Positions 31,019 to 40,463 of a stretch of DNA of 64,000 bases are shown here, piece after piece. The stretch spans positions 768,001-832,000 of the forward strand of contig CAWGMA010000001.1 in the NCBI GenBank assembly GCA_963823555.1, given 5' to 3'. The position numbers and the translations under genes were made by a program. Every line of letters starts with the position of its first letter. Within the stretch, counting starts at the first letter, position 1. The notes beneath the pieces were generated by a model. It was not told the DNA's origin and made no database searches. It worked only from the letters and a program-made list of their open reading frames with translations. Origin of the DNA: Candidatus Eiseniibacteriota bacterium. Its GTDB lineage: Bacteria > Eisenbacteria > RBG-16-71-46 > CAVPCR01.

Positions 31019-31702
31019 ATGCACAGATCACGCTGGCTGCTTCTCCTCCTTGCCTTCGTGTGCGCGACGGCGTCGTTTGCCACGTCACGTGAGCTCCTCC
31101 GGCTCCGCCGCGATGGGCGGGCCGGGGGGGAGCTCATGTACTTCCCGTCGGGCTATCTCTTGAAGCCGATGGCGGTCGGACACCCGCTCACGCTCGCCGA
31201 TTTCCTCTGGCTGCGCGCCATCCAGTACTACGGCGAGCACCGGATGAGCGACAACCGTTTCCCGATGGCCGGCCACATCTTCGAGGTGATCACCGAGCTC
31301 GATCCCAACTTCGTCGAGGCCTACATGTTCGGCGGGCTCGTCCTCGCCGCCGAGGGTGGTGATCTCGATCGCGGACTCGTCCTGCTCAGGCAGGGAATCG
31401 CCTGGAATCCGGAGCGCTGGGAACTGCCGTTCTGGACCGGGTTCGTGCACTACGTCTCGACCAGGGACCACGCTCAGGCCGCGCGCTTCTTCACCCGCTC
31501 GAGCCGCTTGCCCGGCGCTCCACCGTACGTGAAGCGTTTTGCGGCCTACACCACGACGCAGGTGGGGGATCTCGCCGCCGCGCTCGCGCTGTGGGAGGAC
31601 CTGCTCGAGAGCTCCGATCATCCGGCGATGCGCGCGCTCGCCGAGCAGAAGGTGGCCGAGATCCGGGCCCAGCTCGCCGCCCGCGCCGGAGAGCCTTCGT
31701 GA
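31019..31702 (+). CDS. pilus-associated TPR-like protein (Myxococcus PilG-like)
   Basis: N-terminal hydrophobic segment, LADFLWLRAIQYYG, ITELDPNF, GIAWNPERWELPF. Confidence 0.7.
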   Translation: MHRSRWLLLLLAFVCATASFATSRELLRLRRDGRAGGELMYFPSGYLLKPMAVGHPLTLADFLWLRAIQYYGEHRMSDNRFPMAGHIFEVITELDPNFVEAYMFGGLVLAAEGGDLDRGLVLLRQGIAWNPERWELPFWTGFVHYVSTRDHAQAARFFTRSSRLPGAPPYVKRFAAYTTTQVGDLAAALALWEDLLESSDHPAMRALAEQKVAEIRAQLAARAGEPS

Positions 31703-31710
31703 GGACTGCC

Positions 31711-32529
31711 ATGTCGGACCCGACCTTCATCCTCGGAGTCTTCGCCTTCGTCTTCGGCTTGACGATCGGGAGCTTCCTGAATGTGGTCATCTACCGGTTG
31801 CCGCGCGGCGAGGGCCTCGCCGGTCGCTCCGGCTGCCCACATTGCCAGGCCCAGCTCGCCTGGTTCGATCTCGTGCCGCTCCTTTCCTTCCTTTTCCTGG
31901 CCGGACGGTGCCGGCGGTGCCAGGGCCGGATCTCCTGGCGGTACCCGCTGGTCGAGCTTCTGACCGGTCTCCTCGCGCTCGCCGTGCTCGTGCGCTTCGG
32001 TCCCGGTCCCGCTGGCCTCGCCTACTTCGCCTTCGGCGCCGCGCTCATCGCCATCACCTTCATCGACCTCGACTGGCAGATCATCCCCGACGCGATCACG
32101 CTGCCCGGGGTGATCACCGGTCTGGCCGCGGCCCTGGCGCTCGAGCTCATGGGGTCGACGGGAGCGGCGGCGACGTTCCCGGCGCACACGCTGCGCGCCC
32201 TGAGCGGGGCTCTGGGCGGAGCGGTCGGGCTCTGGCTCGTGGCCGCCGGTTACCGCCGCGCGACCGGGGTCGAGGGGCTCGGCTTTGGCGACATCAAGCT
32301 GGCCGCTCTCCTCGGGGCCTTTCTCGGCCTGGGCGGGGTCTTCCTCACCATCTTCCTCGCCTCGCTGGTTGGCTCGCTGATCGGCATCGTGATGATGGCG
32401 AGTGGACGGGGGACCGCGAAGACCGCGCTCCCATTCGGCACCTTCCTCGCGCCGGCCGGGATCATCGTCCTCTTTTACGGACCCGCCTTCGTCGGCTGGT
32501 ACCTGGGGCTCGTGCGTGGCGGCGCCTGA
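31711..32529 (+). CDS. pilD: prepilin peptidase / N-methyltransferase
   Basis: GSFLNVVIYRLP, CPHC...CRRC, FIDLD, GLGFGDIKL, LPFGTFL. Confidence 0.95.
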   Translation: MSDPTFILGVFAFVFGLTIGSFLNVVIYRLPRGEGLAGRSGCPHCQAQLAWFDLVPLLSFLFLAGRCRRCQGRISWRYPLVELLTGLLALAVLVRFGPGPAGLAYFAFGAALIAITFIDLDWQIIPDAITLPGVITGLAAALALELMGSTGAAATFPAHTLRALSGALGGAVGLWLVAAGYRRATGVEGLGFGDIKLAALLGAFLGLGGVFLTIFLASLVGSLIGIVMMASGRGTAKTALPFGTFLAPAGIIVLFYGPAFVGWYLGLVRGGA

Positions 32530-32707
32530 CCCGGGGGCTGGCGGGTGGTTTTGTCCTTCTCCCCGTGCAGGTTGCAAGCCGGGGAGCAGGATTTTGAGCT
32601 ACCGCACGGCTGCCGGATCGCGGCCCACGCTTGCATCGACCATCGCGGTCACGTATCCGCAAGCACTTCCGGGCGCGCCCGGGTGGTCTCACCCAGAACT
32701 TGCAACA

Positions 32708-32723
32708 TGGCACATGCGTTGCT
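32708..32723 (+). promoter_or_regulatory. sigma-54 -24/-12 promoter of pilMNOPQ
   Basis: TGGCAC-ATGCG-TTGCT is a perfect consensus, about 90 nt before pilM. Confidence 0.85.
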
Positions 32724-32813
32724 CCGCAGCATCCCGGCACCCGCGAATGGGCGGGTAGCCGTGCCTCATGCGCGCTGCGGCCGCAGCGTCAACCAACCCA
32801 CTGGAGACTCGAG

Positions 32814-33872
32814 ATGCTGGGCAGGCAAAGGAAGCAGAAGACCGTCATCGGCTTGGACATCGGTTCGAGCTCGGTGAAGCTCGTCGAGCTCGAGGTTCGC
32901 GGCCACGAGGCCAAGCTGGTTCGCTTCGCCCAGGCCCCTCTCCTCCACGAGGCCATCGTCGACTCGGAGATCATCGACCGTCAGGCGGTGATCGAGGCCA
33001 TCCAGGGTCTGTTCGCGAGCCAGGGCATCAAGACCAAGAGCGTGAACACCGCCGTGTCCGGCCGGGCCGTGATCGTGAAGAAGATCTGGATGGACCGGCT
33101 CGAGCAGGAAGACGCGCGAGCCGCCATCCAATGGGAGGCGGAGCAGCACATCCCGTACGACATCAACGATGTCTCGCTCGACTTCCAGATCCTGAACTCC
33201 GATCCGGCCGACAAGCAGATGGAGGTTCTCCTGGTCGCGGCGAAGAAGGACATGGTGCTCTCGCACGCCGACCTGCTGAGGGAAGCCGGGCTCAACCCCG
33301 AGGTCATCGACGTCGACGCCTTCGCCTTGCAGAACGCCGTTCTCGCCAACTACGAGATGGCGGATGACGAGGTGGCCGCACTCATCAACGTGGGCGCCGA
33401 GGAGACGAACCTCAACATCGTGCGCGCCGGCGTACCGCTCTACACCAAGGACATCCCGCTCGGGACGTCGACCCTGCTCGAGGGTCTGAAGCGCCGCTAC
33501 GCCCTGGGCCAGGAGGAAGCCGAGGCCGTCCTCGCCGGTACCGCCGGCGCCGGCGATGCCGACGTTGACCTGCAGACCACGGTGACCGAGATCTTCGAAG
33601 ACCTGGCTTCCGCTGTCGAGCGTGCCGTCGCCTATCTCAAGTCGACCGGCGAGGCGGACGGGGTGACCCGGATCTTCATCGCCGGCGGCGGGGCCGATGT
33701 GACCGGACTGCGCGAGTTCCTCGTGGCGCGCGCGCAAGTCGAGGTCGAAGTTGTCGATCCGCTGGCCCGCCTCGAGATCGATACCGAACGCGTCGATGCC
33801 GCCCAGTGGGCGGAGCAGGCGGCGCAATACTCGGTGGCGGTTGGGCTCGCTCTGCGGAAGGTGGCTAACTGA
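32814..33872 (+). CDS. pilM: type IV pilus assembly protein PilM
   Basis: IGLDIGSSSVKLVEL, EAEQHIPY, VLLVAAKK, IDVDAFAL, VAVGLALR. Confidence 0.95.
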   Translation: MLGRQRKQKTVIGLDIGSSSVKLVELEVRGHEAKLVRFAQAPLLHEAIVDSEIIDRQAVIEAIQGLFASQGIKTKSVNTAVSGRAVIVKKIWMDRLEQEDARAAIQWEAEQHIPYDINDVSLDFQILNSDPADKQMEVLLVAAKKDMVLSHADLLREAGLNPEVIDVDAFALQNAVLANYEMADDEVAALINVGAEETNLNIVRAGVPLYTKDIPLGTSTLLEGLKRRYALGQEEAEAVLAGTAGAGDADVDLQTTVTEIFEDLASAVERAVAYLKSTGEADGVTRIFIAGGGADVTGLREFLVARAQVEVEVVDPLARLEIDTERVDAAQWAEQAAQYSVAVGLALRKVAN

Positions 33873-34522
33873 TGCAAATCGCCGAGCGCATGATTCGAAT
33901 CAACCTGCTTCCGGTAACGGAGCAGGTCCGGCCCAAGATGGTGCTCCCGAGCATCTCCTCGGCCGCGCCTGTCATCATTCTCTGCGTCTTGATCGGCGTC
34001 CTCGCCGCAGTCTCGACTCTGCAGAACGTGCGCATCCGCCACATCAACGGCGAGATCGCCGCGCTCCAGGCCGAGGCGACCCAGCTCGGGCCGCTGATCC
34101 AGCGCATCGACCAGCTCACTCGTGAGCGGGAGCTCACGCTCAAGCGGCTCACGGTGATCGAGAGTCTCGACCAGGACCGCCTGGCTCGGGTTCGCCTCAC
34201 CGACGAGATGGCGCGACGGCTTCCGGATTACCTCTGGCTGACGGGCTTTTCCGAGCAGAGCGGGGCGATCACCGTCAATGGCGTCACCTTCTCCAATCTG
34301 CTCGTGGCGGAGCTCATTCGCACCCTCGAGCGCTCGGTGCTCTTCGACCAGGTCGATCTGGTCGTGGCCCAGCGCGGGACGATCGACAACCGCCAGGTCG
34401 TCAACTTCACGCTCAGTGCCCGCCGGCAGACGGCGCCCGATCCGGCGCCGGCCGAACCGGTCGGTCAGGCCCTGAGCACGGCGCCGGTGGCGGGGCAGAC
34501 CCCCGCATCGAGCGGAACCTAG
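33872..34522 (+). CDS. pilN: type IV pilus assembly protein PilN
   Basis: MIRINLLP motif, TM helix, coiled coil, LPDYLWLT; alternative start 33890. Confidence 0.9.
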   Translation: MQIAERMIRINLLPVTEQVRPKMVLPSISSAAPVIILCVLIGVLAAVSTLQNVRIRHINGEIAALQAEATQLGPLIQRIDQLTRERELTLKRLTVIESLDQDRLARVRLTDEMARRLPDYLWLTGFSEQSGAITVNGVTFSNLLVAELIRTLERSVLFDQVDLVVAQRGTIDNRQVVNFTLSARRQTAPDPAPAEPVGQALSTAPVAGQTPASSGT

Positions 34523-34592
34523 CGGCGACATGGCGGCGATTCGATCGGGCCGTCGACCGGCAACCAACACCTGTGCAAAGCGGGGCTGAGCG

Positions 34593-35213
34593 ATGAACCT
34601 GCGTGAACCGCGGACCCTCAAGATCATCCTGGTTGCGATCCTGGGCCTCGGCATCCTCTACGGCTACTTCTTCACCACCTACGTGCCCTTCACCTACAAG
34701 GCGCGTGCCGCCGAGGCCGCCAAGCTCGAGGGCGAGATGGCGGAGCTCTCCGGTGATGTCGCCAAGGCGCGGGCGGCGGTGGCGAATCTGCCGGCGCTCG
34801 AGCGTGAGTGTGCCGAGGTGCATGAGCGCTGGGAGATCATGTCGGAGCTGTTGCCGACTTCGAAAGAGATTGCCGGTCTGCTCACCAAGGTGACGCTGGC
34901 CGGCCAGGAGTCGGGAGTGGAGTTCGCCCTGTTCCAGCCGGCACCGCCGCGGGCAGGTGACTTCTACGTCACCTACCCGACGCAGGTCCGGGTCGAGGGC
35001 GGCTATCACCAGGTGGGCCGGTTCCTGGCGGAAGTGGCCAACCTGGACCGTATCGTCAACATCGTCGACCTCAACATGACGGCGGCGCAGCCGGACGAGA
35101 AGTTGCCGGAGCGCACCGTGGTCGCCGCATTCACTGCCGAGGCGTACGCGTTCCAGGAGAACCTGGGACAGCCCGAGGTGGCGGGGGCGGCTAAGGCGGA
35201 GGGGAAGAAGTGA
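34593..35213 (+). CDS. pilO: type IV pilus assembly protein PilO
   Basis: TM, coiled coil, LLPTSKEI, GGYHQVGRFLAEVANLDRIVN. Confidence 0.92.
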   Translation: MNLREPRTLKIILVAILGLGILYGYFFTTYVPFTYKARAAEAAKLEGEMAELSGDVAKARAAVANLPALERECAEVHERWEIMSELLPTSKEIAGLLTKVTLAGQESGVEFALFQPAPPRAGDFYVTYPTQVRVEGGYHQVGRFLAEVANLDRIVNIVDLNMTAAQPDEKLPERTVVAAFTAEAYAFQENLGQPEVAGAAKAEGKK

Positions 35214-35932
35214 GGCCCTGGCGCAACCGCAAAGCGATCCTGGCTCTGATCCTCCTCGTCGCGGTGGCCGCCGGTGCCACCTTCATCGTCGGCCCCCGGC
35301 TCGGCGGCGAGGACGCAAAGAACGTGAACTTGGCCCAGGTGGGTCCGGCCAAGGGCGGCCCGGCCAAACCGGCTGCGGCGTCGAGCGCGACGCCCATCCA
35401 GGCGGCGCGCGGCGCAGCGAAGGCGGTCGAGGCACGCCCCGTGGCCGCCTCCATGGCGGGTTCCACGGCGCCGAGCTCGGCAGCTCCGGGGGCGACTCCG
35501 GCCGCCGCCGGCAACGCAGCGGCCTCCGCCGTCAGCGGGCAGTCCGGCGCGACGGGTGCTGCGTTCGCGGAAGAGCCCGAAGGCGATCCCACCGATCGCC
35601 TCGCCCACTGGCAGCGTGAACCCTACTACTACGCCTCCCTTGGCCGACGCGATCCGTTCGGCTCGCTCGTGAGCGGCAACTTCGAATCGGATGGGGAGGT
35701 GGGTCTCGTCGACGTCGGCGATATGAAGCTCGTCGGCATCGCCTGGGACGATATCGACCGCTTCGCCATGGTCGAGGACAGCCGTGGATTCGGTCACGCT
35801 CTTCGCGAGGGTGACCCGGTCCGCAGCGGCAGGGTCCTGCGCATCGAGCGCGACTCGGTGACGTTCCTGCAGACGTCTGCCGGTGAATCGACCACCATCA
35901 CCATTGATCTTCCCATTCGCGGGGGTGACTAA
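35210..35932 (+). CDS. pilP: PilP-like protein with Ala/Pro-rich linker
   Basis: GRRDPF and LVGIAW motifs, between pilO and pilQ; TM-anchored with no obvious lipobox. Confidence 0.7.
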   Translation: MRPWRNRKAILALILLVAVAAGATFIVGPRLGGEDAKNVNLAQVGPAKGGPAKPAAASSATPIQAARGAAKAVEARPVAASMAGSTAPSSAAPGATPAAAGNAAASAVSGQSGATGAAFAEEPEGDPTDRLAHWQREPYYYASLGRRDPFGSLVSGNFESDGEVGLVDVGDMKLVGIAWDDIDRFAMVEDSRGFGHALREGDPVRSGRVLRIERDSVTFLQTSAGESTTITIDLPIRGGD

Positions 35933-35933
35933 C

Positions 35934-37757
35934 ATGAACCAGCGTCGTCCGGCCGGCCAGTTCTTCCTGCCGGCGATCCTCATTGCCGCCCAGATTCTCG
36001 CGAGCTCCGCTGCCACCGCCACCGTGGTGAAGCGCGTCAACGTCGAGGAGCGCGGCAGCATGACCCAGCTCACCCTCGAGACCGATGGTCCCGTGCGCTA
36101 CGAGGACTTCGTGCTCAGCAATCCGGAGCGGTTGGTCATCGACTGCCTCGAGTCGACGAGCTTGTTGCCGGCGACCATCGACCTCGAGTCGAGCGGTAGC
36201 CGCGTGCGCTCGATCACGACAGCGCAGTGGACCGGCAAGAATGGGGATCCCAAGAGCCGCCTGATCTGTGAGCTCACAGGTCCGTCCTCCTACTCGATCG
36301 CCGAGCGCCCGCGCGGGCTGGTCGTCGTGCTCGACGCCGGCGGGTCGGCCGATGGCCTCGGTTACGACGAGGACCACCTGGCCGCGACGGCGGGTCCGCT
36401 CCTGGCCTCCGCCGAGGTGCAGGTCGTGCCCGACGCGGAGAAGCCGGCTGCGGTCGGCAAGTCCAGCGCCACCAAGGGCAAGGATGAACCGGTCTTCGTC
36501 ATCGAACCCAAGGGCGAGTACAAGACGGTCTTCTCCCCCGGCTACAATCTCTCCGGCGGTGATCGTCTCGATGCGCGGCCCGATCTTCCGGAGAAGAAGG
36601 TATCGCTCGACGTGCAGCGGGCTTCGATCCAGACCGTGCTCCGCACGCTGGCCGAGATCGCCGGTCGCAACATCGTCTCCAACAACGAGGTGAGCGGTGA
36701 CGTCACCGTCCGCCTCGAGGATGTGCCCTGGCCGCAGGCGCTCGACATCGTGCTCCTCACCCGCGGTATGGGCTACACGGACGAAGAAGGCGTCCTGCGC
36801 ATCGCCTCGCTCGAGCAACTGCGCAAGGAGCAGGTCGACCAGCAGACGGCGGAGCGCAAGGCGGAGGAGCTGCTTCCGGTCGAGACCCGGGTCGTGCCGC
36901 TCAACTTCGCCAAGGCCGAGGAGATGAAGGTCTCGGTCGACAAGCTATGGACGCCGCGCGGTCATGCCGAGATCGACTCGCGCACCAACTCGATCATCAT
37001 CACCGACATCAGCGAGCGGGTGGTGGCGGCGGCTGCGCTCATTCGCCAGCTCGACACCCGCACGCCGCAGGTGCAGATCGACTCGAAGCTGGTTGACGTC
37101 GATGTGAGCGATACCAGCGATATCGGGATCACCTGGACCTTCACCGTCACCGACCAGGGGGCGGGGGATCTCGGCCGACCCCAGAGCTTCACCTCGCAGA
37201 ATCCGATCGGGAACCCGGCCGGCCAGCTGAGCGTCGGCGCCATCCGCCCGGACTGGACTCTCGACATGGTTCTGCAGGCCCTCGCCGAGGACCGGAAGGC
37301 CAACATCATCTCGAATCCGCGGATCACCACCGTCAACAACCGCGAGGCGGCGATCCTCGTCGGCCAGGAGGTTCCACTCATCGTCCAGGATGAGGCCTTC
37401 AACACCGTGGTCCAGCTGAAGCAGATCGGAATCAAGTTGAAGGTGCGACCGCACATCAACTCGGATCGCCAGATCGAGCTCGATGTGCACCCCGAGGTCT
37501 CCGATCTCTCCTCGCAGTCGACGGTGCAGGGCGGGATCATCATCAACACCGCCGAGGCCGACACCCGCGTGCTCGTGAATGACGGTGACACCGCGGTCAT
37601 GGGCGGCCTGGTCCGCGAGAACGAGGGCACGCGAGTCCGCGGTATCCCGGTGCTCAAGGACATCCCTGGACTCGGCTGGCTCTTCAGCTCGACGAGCAAG
37701 GTCAAGCAGAAGCGCGAGCTGATGATCTTCATCACGCCCAAGATCATCGACACCTAG
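35934..37757 (+). CDS. pilQ: type IV pilus secretin PilQ (AMIN plus secretin domains)
   Basis: Signal peptide, LSNPERLVID AMIN motif, DVPWPQALD, IDSRTNSIII, ISNPRITT, GIPVLKDIPGLGWLF, ELMIFITPKII. Confidence 0.95.
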   Translation: MNQRRPAGQFFLPAILIAAQILASSAATATVVKRVNVEERGSMTQLTLETDGPVRYEDFVLSNPERLVIDCLESTSLLPATIDLESSGSRVRSITTAQWTGKNGDPKSRLICELTGPSSYSIAERPRGLVVVLDAGGSADGLGYDEDHLAATAGPLLASAEVQVVPDAEKPAAVGKSSATKGKDEPVFVIEPKGEYKTVFSPGYNLSGGDRLDARPDLPEKKVSLDVQRASIQTVLRTLAEIAGRNIVSNNEVSGDVTVRLEDVPWPQALDIVLLTRGMGYTDEEGVLRIASLEQLRKEQVDQQTAERKAEELLPVETRVVPLNFAKAEEMKVSVDKLWTPRGHAEIDSRTNSIIITDISERVVAAAALIRQLDTRTPQVQIDSKLVDVDVSDTSDIGITWTFTVTDQGAGDLGRPQSFTSQNPIGNPAGQLSVGAIRPDWTLDMVLQALAEDRKANIISNPRITTVNNREAAILVGQEVPLIVQDEAFNTVVQLKQIGIKLKVRPHINSDRQIELDVHPEVSDLSSQSTVQGGIIINTAEADTRVLVNDGDTAVMGGLVRENEGTRVRGIPVLKDIPGLGWLFSSTSKVKQKRELMIFITPKIIDT

Positions 37758-37800
37758 TCGAACCAGCGACGGGCAGGCTCTCTGGCCTGCCCTGGAGCCG

Positions 37801-37842
37801 AGCCGGCGCGCCTCCATCGCGGGGCGCGCCGGTTCATGCTTT
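37801..37842 (+). terminator. GC-rich hairpin after pilQ, putative terminator
   Basis: AGCCGGCGCGCCTC-loop-GGGGCGCGCCGGTT followed by a weak T-rich tail. Confidence 0.5.
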
Positions 37843-37983
37843 GGAGGCGAGAGAACGCTCCGCATCGGACCCCGGGAGCGTTGAGCCGGGCGCCGGCTTG
37901 CCGCCCGCGCAGGCGGGGGGTACGCTAGTCGCCCCCAGTCGCTCAGCGGGCGGCGTGCCTCCTTACCCAGGGATCGGGAACCC

Positions 37984-39273
37984 ATGAAGACACTTCTCAT
38001 CGGCAGCGGCGGTCGCGAGCATGCCCTGGCGTGGCGCCTGGCCGGGGATCCGGCCATCGGCACGCTGATCGCGGCGCCGGGCAATCCCGGCATTGCCGAG
38101 CACGCGCGTTGCCTGCCGGTTGCGGCCGGTGATATCGCGGGCCTCGTCGCCGCGGCGCGAAGCGAAGCGGTCGACCTCGTCATCGTCGGTCCCGAGCTAC
38201 CGCTCGTCCAGGGGCTTGCCGACCACCTCGAGCGCGCCGGAATCCCCGTCTGCGGACCCAGCGCCCAGGCGGCACGCCTCGAGGGCTCCAAGGCCTTCGC
38301 CAAGGAGTTCATGCGGGAGCGGGGCATCCCCACCGCCGAGGCCGAGCTCGTCACCGATGTCGAGTCCGCGGCGCGTGCCATCCGCGCCCGCGGCGCTCCG
38401 GTGGTCATCAAGGCCGATGGCCTCGCCGCGGGGAAGGGTGTCGTCGTCGCGCACAGCGTGGCCGAGGCCCTCGCCGCCGCCGAGCGCATGCTCGCCGGGG
38501 AGGCTCTCGGCGCCGCCGGCCGGCGGGTCCTGGTCGAGCGCTGCATGGAGGGGCAGGAGGCGAGCCTCTTCATCCTGACCGACGGCCGGTATTTCGTCGT
38601 GTTGCCGACGGCGGAGGATCACAAGCGGCTCGGAGATGGAGACACCGGCCCCAACACCGGTGGGATGGGGGCCTGTGCTCCTTCCCCGCTTCTCGCCGGC
38701 GATCTCCTCGATCGCGCGATCGAGGAGATCGTCGAGCCCACGCTCGCCGGATTGCGCGAGATCGGGGCTCCCTACCGTGGATTCCTCTACCTTGGACTCA
38801 TGATCGAGGACGGTGTCCCGCGAGTGGTCGAATACAACGTACGGCTCGGCGATCCGGAAGCCCAGGTGGTGTTGCCACTCGTCGGCCCGGGATTCGGCGC
38901 GCTCCTGGCGGCGGCTGCGCGGGGAGAGCTCCCGCCGCGCGCCGCGGTGCCCCCGGCAGCCTCGGCCCGGGCAGCGGCCTGCGTCGTCCTCGCCGCCCCC
39001 GGCTACCCGGAGTCCCCGGTCACGGGGAGCCCCATCCGGGGCCTGGCGGGACGCGAGGCCCTGGCCCGGGAGCAGGTCCTCGTCTTCCAGGCGGGCACGC
39101 GACAGGTCGGCGATGACCTGGTCACCGCCGGCGGGCGGGTCCTCGGGGTCACCGGACTCGGTCCAGATCTGGCCGGCGCTCTCAGCCGCGCCTATCGCGT
39201 CGCGGAGGCGGTCGAATTCGAAGGCAAGCAGATGCGTCGCGACATCGGTTTCAAGTCACTCGCCCGGCGTTAG
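37984..39273 (+). CDS. purD: phosphoribosylamine--glycine ligase
   Basis: GSGGREHAL, LEGSKAFAK, KADGLAAGKGV, GPNTGGMGA, EYNVRLGDPE. Confidence 0.97.
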   Translation: MKTLLIGSGGREHALAWRLAGDPAIGTLIAAPGNPGIAEHARCLPVAAGDIAGLVAAARSEAVDLVIVGPELPLVQGLADHLERAGIPVCGPSAQAARLEGSKAFAKEFMRERGIPTAEAELVTDVESAARAIRARGAPVVIKADGLAAGKGVVVAHSVAEALAAAERMLAGEALGAAGRRVLVERCMEGQEASLFILTDGRYFVVLPTAEDHKRLGDGDTGPNTGGMGACAPSPLLAGDLLDRAIEEIVEPTLAGLREIGAPYRGFLYLGLMIEDGVPRVVEYNVRLGDPEAQVVLPLVGPGFGALLAAAARGELPPRAAVPPAASARAAACVVLAAPGYPESPVTGSPIRGLAGREALAREQVLVFQAGTRQVGDDLVTAGGRVLGVTGLGPDLAGALSRAYRVAEAVEFEGKQMRRDIGFKSLARR

Positions 39274-39297
39274 CGGCCGGGCGCAAAACGGAGGTGG

Positions 39298-39783
39298 ATG
39301 TTGGCTGACAAGCCCATCGTCGGAGTCGTCTTCGGGTCGGAATCCGATCGGGAACTGATGGCCGCCGCCGGCGAGTATCTCGATCGCTTCGGTATTGCGT
39401 ATGAGGTTCATGTCATGTCGGCGCACCGCAATCCCGAGCGCACGGCGCGCTACGCCAAGGAAGCGGCGGCGCGCGGCCTCAAGGTGCTCATCGCCGGCGC
39501 CGGCATGGCAGCCCATCTCGGCGGAGTCGTCGCTTCGCATACCAATCTTCCCGTGATCGGCGTGCCGCTCCCTGGCTCGTCCTTGCTCGGTCTCGATTCC
39601 CTGCTCGCGACCGTGCAAATGCCCGCGGGGGTGCCGGTGGCGACGATGGCCATCGGTAAGGCCGGAGCGCGCAATGCGGCCATCTTCGCCGCGCGCATGC
39701 TCGCGCTCGCGGATCCCCAGATCGCAGCTCGGCTCGAGCGCTTCAGCCAGGAGCTGCAGTCCGGAGTCGGCGGCGCCGTCTAG
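39298..39783 (+). CDS. purE: N5-CAIR mutase
   Basis: GSESD, SAHRNP, IAGAGMAAHL, LPVIGVP, VQMPAGVPVAT; start may be TTG at 39301. Confidence 0.96.
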   Translation: MLADKPIVGVVFGSESDRELMAAAGEYLDRFGIAYEVHVMSAHRNPERTARYAKEAAARGLKVLIAGAGMAAHLGGVVASHTNLPVIGVPLPGSSLLGLDSLLATVQMPAGVPVATMAIGKAGARNAAIFAARMLALADPQIAARLERFSQELQSGVGGAV

Positions 39784-39798
39784 CGGAGCCGGTGAACG

Positions 39799-40431
39799 AT
39801 GCTTCGTCTCCAGCTCACGGAGGAGGGAGGGGCGGCGCTGCGGGCGGCGGCCCACGCGCTCAGGGCGGGGGGTGTGGCCGTCATTCCGACCGACACCATC
39901 TACGGGGTTTCCGCGCGGTACGATAGGCCGAGCGCGGTCCGTCGCATCGCCGCGCTCAAGGGGCGTGACACACAGGCCCCCTTTCTCCTTCTCATCGGAG
40001 ATCAGGCCGATCTCGCGCTGTTGACGACCGAGCCGCCGCCGGAGGCGGCCCTCGAGGCGGTGTGGCCGGGTCCGGTGACCCTGCTCTTGCCGGCGCGCCG
40101 TGAGTTGATCCCGCTCCTGCGCGGGACGGCGGGCAAGGTCGCCGTCCGCCTTCCCGGCGCGGGTCGGGTGCGGGCCCTCCTCCAGGCGGTCGGCGTGCCG
40201 CTGGTCTCGACCTCGGTGAACCGCCACGGCGACTCGCCGTTGAACAACCCGGATGCGATCGCCCGCGCCTTCGGCCATGCCATCGATGTGCTGGCCGACT
40301 GCGGAATGCTCTCGCCGTCGGAACCATCGACGATCGTCGATCTTACGCAGCACCCGCCCGTCATCGTGCGCGCCGGTGCCGCGGCGGTCGATGTGATGCG
40401 TCTCAGCCGTCTTCTCGGTAGCTCGCCTTGA
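39799..40431 (+). CDS. tsaC: threonylcarbamoyl-AMP synthase (Sua5/YrdC)
   Basis: IPTDTIYG, KGR, WPGPVTLLL, STSVN, PSTIVD. Confidence 0.9.
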   Translation: MLRLQLTEEGGAALRAAAHALRAGGVAVIPTDTIYGVSARYDRPSAVRRIAALKGRDTQAPFLLLIGDQADLALLTTEPPPEAALEAVWPGPVTLLLPARRELIPLLRGTAGKVAVRLPGAGRVRALLQAVGVPLVSTSVNRHGDSPLNNPDAIARAFGHAIDVLADCGMLSPSEPSTIVDLTQHPPVIVRAGAAAVDVMRLSRLLGSSP

Positions 40432-40457
40432 CAATTCAAGAAAGGGCGACTTAGCAT
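40428..40457 (+). promoter_or_regulatory. sigma-70-like promoter, possibly giving a leaderless start at 40464
   Basis: TTGACA-N18-TAGCAT, ending 6 nt before GTG. Confidence 0.5.
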
Positions 40458-40463
40458 CTCACA

